Of a stretch of DNA of 64,000 nucleotides, positions 9,262 through 16,818 are shown piece after piece. The DNA lies in the NCBI GenBank assembly GCA_049281095.1, contig JBAPRL010000082.1, positions 1,298-65,297 of the forward strand. The letters run 5' to 3'. The translations under genes were made by a program, and so were the position numbers. Origin of the DNA: Candidatus Acidiferrales bacterium. GTDB lineage: Bacteria; Acidobacteriota; Terriglobia; Acidiferrales; UBA7541. The notes beneath the pieces are model-generated. The model saw only the letters and a list, made by a program, of their open reading frames with translations. It did no database searches and was not told where the DNA came from. Each line of letters begins with the position of its first letter. Positions within the stretch are counted from its first letter, which is position 1.

Positions 9262-9741
9262 ATGAACGATGTCGGCGGCACGAGCGCTCAAACTGCAATC
9301 GACGAGAAACACATGCGATTGGCCCTCGAAGAGGCACACGCGGCCGCGCACGCCGGAGAAGTGCCCATCGGTTGCGTCATTGCCCAAGGTGAACGGGTGA
9401 TTTCGCGCGCTGCCAATCGCACCATCACCGATTGCGACCCCACCGCTCACGCAGAAATTGTCGCGTTGCGTGCGGCCGCTGCGGCCATGGGAAATCACCG
9501 GCTATCCGGAATCACGCTTTACGTAACAATCGAACCCTGCGCCATGTGCGCGGGGGCCATGCTGCAAGCGCGCGTCGACCGCCTCGTGTATGGCGCGGAT
9601 GATCCAAAGGGCGGCGCCGTCTGCTCCTGCTTCGCCTTATTCGATCATCCGCGACTGAATCATCGCATCGCTGTCACTCCCGGCCTGCTGGCCGAGGAGG
9701 CCGCCGCCGCTCTGCGGCATTTCTTTGAGGCTCGCCGGTAA
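9262..9741 (+). CDS. tadA: tRNA adenosine(34) deaminase
   Basis: CDA-fold motifs HAEIVALR and PCAMCAGA, with a typical length of about 155 aa. Confidence 0.9.
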   Translation: MNDVGGTSAQTAIDEKHMRLALEEAHAAAHAGEVPIGCVIAQGERVISRAANRTITDCDPTAHAEIVALRAAAAAMGNHRLSGITLYVTIEPCAMCAGAMLQARVDRLVYGADDPKGGAVCSCFALFDHPRLNHRIAVTPGLLAEEAAAALRHFFEARR

Positions 9742-9872
9742 CAAGACCGAACACCAGCATGACTCGGATTCGTGAGTTGAACACAGCCGGCAAACCGACT
9801 ATACTTCGCGGTCTACGCGGCGAAACAATCGTTTCAAAAGCGAGCGGCAATCGACGAACGGGAGGGATTTTC

Positions 9873-12035
9873 ATGAAGATTCACCAGAAAGCGATGCACT
9901 ATGCGTTCGGGCTCTTGATAATCAGTTCGGCTACCATGCTCGCGCCTTTGGCGGCGCAGGCGCAAGAGTCCTCGGACCAGGCGGCTGCAGCTACAAGCCA
10001 GCAATCGCCTGCGGCGCGCAGTAAGGATGGCAAAAAACTCTTCGGCACGCACGAAGCATTGCGTGTCGCGCGCATCAGCTCTCCGCGCCTCTCTCCCGAC
10101 GGCTCGACGGTCGCTTACCTCGTTGCCTCGTTGAAAATGGAAAAAGACGAGCCGGGCAAATCCGTAACAAATCTATGGGTTGTTCCGGCCGCCGGCCCCG
10201 CGAGCGCCGCGCGGCAGTACACTCGCGGCGATAAGAGCGTCTCCGACATCGCGTGGTCCCCTGACGGAAAAATCCTCGCCTTCACTATGGCCGGAGAAGA
10301 CGAGAAGAGCGGCCCTCAAGTCTGGTTCATGTACGCGGACGGCGGGGAGCCTTGGCAAGTCACCAAGCACAAATCCGGCGTGCGCGGCTTTGAGTTTTCC
10401 CCGGACGGCAAAACGCTTCTCTTGGTCGCTACCGCTGCTCCGAACCCGGATGCAGAGAAGCGCGAGAAGCTCCAAGACGACGCCGTGGTCGTCGACCACG
10501 ATTTCAAGTTGGCGCAGCTCTGGACCTGGAACATTGCCTCCGGCGACGAAGTGCAGATCACCAAGGGTAACTTCACCGTCAGCGATCCGCGCTGGTCTCC
10601 GGATGGCTCGCACATTACCTTCACCACAAATCCCACGCCGCTGCTGGACGACATCAGTTTGCAAACCGCTTGGGTACTCGACATCGCCAGCGGCCAGCAA
10701 CGAAAGCTTGTCGATACGACTGAGGATACTCACACCGCGCGATGGTCTCCGGATGGCAAGTCGATCGCCTATCTCAGCGACCGCGGGATGATCGAGCAGG
10801 TGAATCTGTCCGTGGTCAGCGCCGATGGCGGCGAGCCGCGGAAACTGACCGGCTCGTTTGAATTGAACGCCGGCATGCCCGTCTGGGCACCGGATGGTAA
10901 GACAATTTATTTCAGCACGGAAACCCGCGAATCCATCGATATCTTCGCCGCGGACGTTGCCGCCGGAACAGTCCGGCAGCTAACCGACAAACCCGCAGTG
11001 ATCAGCCTCGATGAAATCAGCGCGAACGGACAAACCGCCGTCGGCACATGGACCGATCCAAGCCATCCTGCCGAAGTTTTCCGCTCCGATCTCGGCTTTG
11101 GTTCCATCGCGCCCATCACCAACCAGAATGCCTGGCTCGCCGACTATGCATTGGGCGACACCGAAGTCGTGCGCTGGAAGAGCAGCAAAGACGGAATGGA
11201 AATTGACGGCGTCCTCACCAAGCCGGTCGATTTCGATTCCTCGCGCAAGTATCCCTTCCTGCTGAATCCGCACGGCGGCCCGACTGGAGCGTCGCCGCTC
11301 TCGTTCAATCCGCAAGAGCAGATCATGGCTGCCAATGGTTACCTTCTCCTCGAACCGAACTTCCGCGGCTCTTCAGGACGCGGCGAAAAATTTGCTATGG
11401 CCAATCAGAATGACTGGGGCGGCGGAGATTACAAGGACGACATGAGCGGCGTTCAAGCCATCGTCGACAAGGGCTGGGCGGATCCAAATCGCCTGGGCGC
11501 GTTCGGCTGGTCCTATGGCGGCTTCATGACCTTCTGGATCGATACGCAAACCGACCGCTTCAAGGCCATCTCGCCCGGCGCTGGCTTGCCGGATCTTTAC
11601 TCGATGTATTCCCAGACGGACATTCATCGCTACCTCACGAACTTCTTCAACATGAAATCGCCGTGGGATAATTTCCAGGAGTACTGGGATCATTCGCCCA
11701 TGAAATACGTAGAGAATGTTAAGACCCCAACAATGATCCTCCACGGCATAGCAGACACGCGCGTACCCATTCCGCAGGCGGAGGAATTCTATGAAGCACT
11801 AAAGGAGCGGCACGTGCCCGTCGAATTCGTCAAATATCCCCGCGAGAACCACGGCTTCATCGAGCCGCGCCACATTCAAGACCGCTGGCAGCGCTACCTG
11901 GTTTTCTTCGGCAAGTACTTGGACAATCCTCCGGTGACCGAGCCGAAGGATGTCCTCGACCGCATGGCAAAGGATTTGCCGCAGGGGAACACATCTTCAG
12001 AAACCCAGGCAGCCACGGGCATGGAGCAACGCTAA
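9873..12035 (+). CDS. secreted S9 family serine peptidase (beta-propeller plus prolyl oligopeptidase-type catalytic domain)
   Basis: The signal peptide is MKIHQKAMHYAFGLLIISSATMLAPLAAQA, after GGAGGG plus 6 nt. WSPDG propeller repeats are present. The nucleophile elbow is GWSYGG and the C-terminal region contains ADTRVP / NHGF. Confidence 0.85.
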   Translation: MKIHQKAMHYAFGLLIISSATMLAPLAAQAQESSDQAAAATSQQSPAARSKDGKKLFGTHEALRVARISSPRLSPDGSTVAYLVASLKMEKDEPGKSVTNLWVVPAAGPASAARQYTRGDKSVSDIAWSPDGKILAFTMAGEDEKSGPQVWFMYADGGEPWQVTKHKSGVRGFEFSPDGKTLLLVATAAPNPDAEKREKLQDDAVVVDHDFKLAQLWTWNIASGDEVQITKGNFTVSDPRWSPDGSHITFTTNPTPLLDDISLQTAWVLDIASGQQRKLVDTTEDTHTARWSPDGKSIAYLSDRGMIEQVNLSVVSADGGEPRKLTGSFELNAGMPVWAPDGKTIYFSTETRESIDIFAADVAAGTVRQLTDKPAVISLDEISANGQTAVGTWTDPSHPAEVFRSDLGFGSIAPITNQNAWLADYALGDTEVVRWKSSKDGMEIDGVLTKPVDFDSSRKYPFLLNPHGGPTGASPLSFNPQEQIMAANGYLLLEPNFRGSSGRGEKFAMANQNDWGGGDYKDDMSGVQAIVDKGWADPNRLGAFGWSYGGFMTFWIDTQTDRFKAISPGAGLPDLYSMYSQTDIHRYLTNFFNMKSPWDNFQEYWDHSPMKYVENVKTPTMILHGIADTRVPIPQAEEFYEALKERHVPVEFVKYPRENHGFIEPRHIQDRWQRYLVFFGKYLDNPPVTEPKDVLDRMAKDLPQGNTSSETQAATGMEQR

Positions 12036-12160
12036 GAGGTCAGCGCTAAAAACTGTAGCGCTTGGCCGCTTCGAGTTTTCTTGAAGTTCGAAAGCGGCCG
12101 AGCGCTCGTCATTGTCCGATCTTCGTCGCTCTGGTAATCTTTTTCCTACGCAACTGACGC

Positions 12161-12253
12161 GGAGAGGTGTCTGAGCGGTTGAAAGAGCCCGCCTCGAAAG
12201 CGGGTAGCCTGGCAAAACCGGGCTCGTGGGTTCAAATCCCACCCTCTCCGCCA
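12161..12253 (+). tRNA. tRNA-Ser (anticodon CGA)
   Basis: Cloverleaf folded by hand. Acceptor GGAGAGG/CCTCTCC, anticodon stem CCCGC/GCGGG with loop CTCGAAA, a long variable arm, T-arm GTGGG-TTCAAAT-CCCAC, and an encoded CCA. Confidence 0.9.
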
Positions 12254-12316
12254 TTCTTATGTTCTTGGATTCAATGCTTTGGCGCGAGTGCCCCGTCAAC
12301 ACTCCGTGAAAATTCA

Positions 12317-14182
12317 TCAAGACTTCAGGTACCACGGCGCGTTGATCACCATGATTCTTTGGCTTCCCTTGAAAAGCAGCGCCGCTTTCAGCCAAGTGGC
12401 GCGCTGGTTATGCAGGAAATATTGATACCAGTGCTTTTGCACCAGCTCCGGGATAATCACCGCGATCTGGCGTTTCGGATTCTTTTTCTCCAGGTCGAAT
12501 ACGTAGTCCACAATCGGATTGATCACAAACCGAAACGGCGACTTCAGCACAGTCATGTGCGGTACGGGCAGTCCGGCCTTTCTCATCGGCTTTTCCACGC
12601 ATTCGATCCATTGCTTGCACACATCTCCTTCGTCCTCTCCGCAGTCCACGTGCAGCACGTGCAGCTCGGACGACAAGTTGATCGCGAACTGCAACCCTTC
12701 GCGGCTGATTTTATTCCACGAGGTCGCCGGCATCACCACGATGGGCGCGCCCAACTGCGTCAAGTCGATCGGATTTGGATCGGCAATTTCCTGTTGAACC
12801 TTCGAATAGTGGCGCCGAATCGAATACATCAAAGCGATGATCAACGGAATCAGCACCGTCACGATCCATGCGCCTTCGACAAACTTCGTAACCGTCACCA
12901 CGAGCACCGTGCCGGCGGTCATGGTGGCTCCAAAGCCGTTGATGAACATCGCCGCGTGCGATTTCTTTTTGCCGGCGCGCCTCCAGTGCATCACCATGCC
13001 CGCTTGAGACAGCGTAAATGCAAGAAACGCGCCAACCGCGAATAGGGGAATCAATCGGTCTGTTGTGCCTCCAAACGCAATCAGCAAAATGCCGCAAAGA
13101 AGCGCGAGAACCGTGATGCCCTCTGTATAGACCAGCCGCCTTCCTTGAATGGCCATGGGGTACGGAAGATAGCCATCCTGCGCCAGGAGCCTGCAGAGCC
13201 TCGGAAAATCAGCGAAGGGCGTATTCGCGGAGAGCGCCAGTACCAACAAAATCGATGCGATAGTGATGAAGTAGAAGACATTCCTGCCCACGACAGCAGC
13301 CGTAAGTTGCGAGAGCACGGTCTGGTAGCCAGAGCCCGGATCCGTCGCGCCGATATGGTAGGCGCGGCAAAGAACGGCAATTCCGGCCAGCAAGATCACC
13401 AGCAGTCCAATGATGATGGTCAGCGTGCGCTGCGCTGTTTGCACCACAGGCTCGCGGAACGCACGCACGCCGTTACTGACGGCTTCGACGCCGGTCATCG
13501 CCGTGCAGCCGCTCGAAAACGCCTTCAAGATAAGCCATACGCTGACGGCGGCCGCGGCCCCGCGCAAAGCAGGCGGAGCTGCTACCGCCGCCGGGTGGCC
13601 TCCTGCAGCGATAGCCTTGAAAATTCCTATGGCCAGCGTGATCAGAAGCGTTCCGGCAAAAAGATACGTCGGAATCATGAATATCGTCCCTGTTTCACGT
13701 ACCCCGCGCAAATTGATCACCGTGATCAAGACCAGAATTGCAAGGCACAACGCGACCGTATGGGGCTGAAGAGAAGGAACCGCGGAAATGAGCGCGCCTA
13801 CTCCCGCAGAAATTCCGACCGCCGCGGTCAGCACGTAATCGATCATCAGAGCCGCGGCGGCCAGCAGTCCGGCGAAGGGCCCGAGATTTGTCCCTGCGAC
13901 TGTGTATGATCCGCCGCCGCCCGGATAGGCTTCGATAGTCTGGCGATAGGAAAAGAACACGATCAATAGAAGGATGATGATGCTGACCGTGATCGGAACA
14001 ATGTATATGATGCTCAGCGCCCCCAACGGGATCAAAAGCGCCAGAGCCGCTTCCGGTCCGTACGCAGCCGAGCTGAGCGCGTCCAATCCGAAGACGGGAA
14101 TGCCGCCCACTGCTCCTAGTTTCTCGCCTCGTTCTTCGGAGGAACGCAGCGGCCGCCCGAACAAGAAATCAATTATCGACAT
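12317..14182 (-). CDS. APC superfamily permease, KimA-like (putative K+/H+ symporter family)
   Basis: The N-terminal motif FLFGRPLRSSEERGEKL...LDALSSAAYGPEA is typical of the 600-650-aa KimA/YdaO-type APC transporters. A multi-TM core is followed by a soluble tail of about 170 aa. Confidence 0.8.
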   Translation of the reverse strand: MSIIDFLFGRPLRSSEERGEKLGAVGGIPVFGLDALSSAAYGPEAALALLIPLGALSIIYIVPITVSIIILLLIVFFSYRQTIEAYPGGGGSYTVAGTNLGPFAGLLAAAALMIDYVLTAAVGISAGVGALISAVPSLQPHTVALCLAILVLITVINLRGVRETGTIFMIPTYLFAGTLLITLAIGIFKAIAAGGHPAAVAAPPALRGAAAAVSVWLILKAFSSGCTAMTGVEAVSNGVRAFREPVVQTAQRTLTIIIGLLVILLAGIAVLCRAYHIGATDPGSGYQTVLSQLTAAVVGRNVFYFITIASILLVLALSANTPFADFPRLCRLLAQDGYLPYPMAIQGRRLVYTEGITVLALLCGILLIAFGGTTDRLIPLFAVGAFLAFTLSQAGMVMHWRRAGKKKSHAAMFINGFGATMTAGTVLVVTVTKFVEGAWIVTVLIPLIIALMYSIRRHYSKVQQEIADPNPIDLTQLGAPIVVMPATSWNKISREGLQFAINLSSELHVLHVDCGEDEGDVCKQWIECVEKPMRKAGLPVPHMTVLKSPFRFVINPIVDYVFDLEKKNPKRQIAVIIPELVQKHWYQYFLHNQRATWLKAALLFKGSQRIMVINAPWYLKS

Positions 14183-14519
14183 CGATTAGCTCCGCGGTAC
14201 AGACTCGACATCCGAGCTAAGCACAAATCCCATGTGGACACAAAAGCTTGAGATCGCCTAGGTGTTGACCGGATTAACAGCACTGCACCTCCGTGAAACT
14301 AGGCATAAACGCCGTTTGCCAATTATGGTCTGGCCGAGCGGTTTGGTCACGATTTAACCCCGACCTGCTTTTCCAACACCCACCCGCAAAGTTACCAGGT
14401 GAGACTAACCATCTTAATATCAACATGATATGCGACGGACCGGGATGGCCGCGCTCATGCTCTTACAGTTCTGCTTGCAGTCTTGTCGTTACGTTCTGTG
14501 GCCCGACTAAGGAGCTGCG

Positions 14520-15113
14520 TTGAAAATGAGAAAGAGAAATCGGAGCAGCGGATTCAGCATGATCGAGCTCCTCGCGTCCATGTTGATCATGGGCATCATG
14601 GTCGCCGCCACCCTTGCGGAAATGCAGCCGACGCTTCAGCAGTTCCATGCCAACTCCGCAGCCTACCTGGTGGAAGGCCAGATGCGCTTAGCGCGACAGA
14701 CTGCCATCGCCGAACGGCGCGACATCATGTTTGCGGTAGTTGGCACCAACGAAATCACCCTGACGATCCAGGGTATTCCTGCCGGCACGACACTCTTGAG
14801 CAAAGTATTTCTCCCTCCGACGGTGCAATTCCTGCTCTTTGCTGGCAATGGCGACACCCCAGATGCCTTTGGTAATGCGGGAACGGTCTGCTTCAACTAC
14901 ATACCGCCACCGACGGGAACTTGTTCGAATCCTCCGATCATCCAGTTTCAAAGCGACGGAACTCTCATAGATGGCAACGGTAATCAGCTCGACGGCACGA
15001 TTTTTATGGGCGTGTCAAATATACCGACAAGTGCGAGGGCGGTCACGATCCTAGGCACCACCGGGCAGGTCCGCATGTATCACGGCACCGGTAAGGGATG
15101 GATACAGCAATGA
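14520..15113 (+). CDS. GspH/FimT-family pseudopilin (prepilin-type N-terminal cleavage/methylation domain)
   Basis: Prepilin motif SSG/FSMIELL with a hydrophobic helix, then a GspH-like region (AYLVEGQMRLARQTAIAERRDI). AAGGAG lies 5 nt before TTG 14520. ATG 14526 is an alternative start. Confidence 0.8.
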   Translation: MKMRKRNRSSGFSMIELLASMLIMGIMVAATLAEMQPTLQQFHANSAAYLVEGQMRLARQTAIAERRDIMFAVVGTNEITLTIQGIPAGTTLLSKVFLPPTVQFLLFAGNGDTPDAFGNAGTVCFNYIPPPTGTCSNPPIIQFQSDGTLIDGNGNQLDGTIFMGVSNIPTSARAVTILGTTGQVRMYHGTGKGWIQQ

Positions 15114-15667
15114 ACAATCAAGCTGCACGCACGCGTCAGACATTCCATTCTTCTGCTGGATTCACGCTGATCGAAGCAGCCATTGCGCTGGTCGTGCTCG
15201 CGATTGGAATTATGGGACTCGCGGCGATGATGACCAACGGAATCGCCTACATGAGCATGTCCCAGGCGGACTATCTTGCGCAGCAAAAAGCCGCAGAGGC
15301 AGTCGAGAGCATTTTCTATGCGCGCGACTCCCAGCTCTACACGTGGGCCCAGATTCAAAATGTATCTAACGGAGGCATCTTCCTGAACCCTGCCGAGGTC
15401 TTGTGCGATCCCGGACCGGACGGAATCATCGACACCGCGGATGACAACACAGCCGATCTCGATGCGGTCTACATTCCCGGCCCCAGCGGTACCCTCGACG
15501 GGGCTGGCGCTATCAAGCAGACCCTGGACACGTACACGCGCACGATTGCCATCACTGCCGTCCCCGGCGAGACAGATGTTCGCCAGATTACCGTCACCAT
15601 TAACTACACCGCTGGCCGTTTCAAGCGCCAGTACGTGCTGACAAGTTATATTTGCGAGTTTTCATAG
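15110..15667 (+). CDS. PilV/GspI-like minor pseudopilin
   Basis: Prepilin motif SAG/FTLIEAAIALVVLAIGIMG. The ATG overlaps the upstream stop (ATGA at 15110-15113). Confidence 0.75.
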   Translation: MNNQAARTRQTFHSSAGFTLIEAAIALVVLAIGIMGLAAMMTNGIAYMSMSQADYLAQQKAAEAVESIFYARDSQLYTWAQIQNVSNGGIFLNPAEVLCDPGPDGIIDTADDNTADLDAVYIPGPSGTLDGAGAIKQTLDTYTRTIAITAVPGETDVRQITVTINYTAGRFKRQYVLTSYICEFS

Positions 15668-15685
15668 TCGGCCGAGGCACATGAC

Positions 15686-16795
15686 ATGAGACGAAACTCA
15701 GGCTTCAGCTTAATCGAGCTTCTGGTTGCGGTCACAATCACTATCGCCATCGTTGGCGTTTCTCTGGACGCCCTCAACCAGGGCCAGCGCGCCAGCGAAG
15801 CAATCTCTTTGATGAGCAACATGACCGAGAACCTTCGTGCCGGCATGGATCAAATGCAACATGACCTTGTTCTCGCCGGTTCCGGCATCCCCACCGGGGG
15901 AATTTCCATTCCCAACGGAAGCGGCGTGCCCATCAACCAGCCTTCCCCCACAGGCGACGCGTACACGTTTGCCGTTGGCTCGACGGCAATTTCCGCCGTC
16001 ACTCCTGGCTTCGGTTTGGGCCCGCTCATCTCCGGCACCGTCAATTCGGACATGGTGACAATCATTTACGCCGACAACCAGACATTTCCTCCGGACACCG
16101 TCGCTGCGCCCGAGGGTCTGCCCTTGAGCGGCAACATCATCAATGATCCCGGCGCTGTGGCGCCGGATACGCCTTGCAATGGCAGCATCAATTCCACCGG
16201 CACATCGGTAATTTTCGACGCGACCTGCGTTGTCTTCAATGCAGGTAACGGCGCTATCGGTACCGGCGACCTGATTATGTTCAGCAACGCCCAGGGCAAC
16301 ACTTTGGAATATGTAACGGGGGTTACTGGCCAAGTCATGGCCTTCGTCAAGGGCGATCCCTACGGCCTCAACGGCCGAACCGATCCTGCAGGCACAATTT
16401 ATCAGCTCCAGTCGGCCTCGGCGCCCAATCCGGTCACCTACCCGCCCACCACCGCGACGCGCATCTGGATGGTGACCTACTATCTCGACAACACAAATCC
16501 GTCTGGGCCTCGCCTGATGCGTCAGGTCAATTTCTTCACTCCCGAGCCGGTGGCGGAGTCCATCGAGGCGCTTTGGATCACCTACAACTTCGTGAATGGA
16601 ACGGCTTGTGGCGCGACCTGCTCGAACCAGCCAATCCCACCGGCAGGCATGACTGCAAATCAAATGATGAGCGCGAACTTATTCCTGGGAGCGCGCTCCG
16701 ATAAAGCCTTTTCTTGGACCAAGCAAACTTTTCGCAACAATCTCGTCGCCCAAATCAGTCTTCGTGGGCTGGCATTCACCAACCAATTCCAGTGA
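15686..16795 (+). CDS. PilW/GspJ-like minor pseudopilin
   Basis: Prepilin motif NSG/FSLIELLVAVTITIAIVG. GAGG lies 8 nt upstream of the ATG. Confidence 0.75.
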   Translation: MRRNSGFSLIELLVAVTITIAIVGVSLDALNQGQRASEAISLMSNMTENLRAGMDQMQHDLVLAGSGIPTGGISIPNGSGVPINQPSPTGDAYTFAVGSTAISAVTPGFGLGPLISGTVNSDMVTIIYADNQTFPPDTVAAPEGLPLSGNIINDPGAVAPDTPCNGSINSTGTSVIFDATCVVFNAGNGAIGTGDLIMFSNAQGNTLEYVTGVTGQVMAFVKGDPYGLNGRTDPAGTIYQLQSASAPNPVTYPPTTATRIWMVTYYLDNTNPSGPRLMRQVNFFTPEPVAESIEALWITYNFVNGTACGATCSNQPIPPAGMTANQMMSANLFLGARSDKAFSWTKQTFRNNLVAQISLRGLAFTNQFQ

Positions 16796-16818
16796 GTTTT
16801 GCTATCGAGGATAACTCC

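Noticed and set aside
12167-13045. 292-aa plus-strand ORF starting inside tRNA-Ser
   Set aside because: It begins within the tRNA-Ser(CGA) sequence and then runs antisense to the KimA-like permease. The His/Arg-rich composition is not protein-like.
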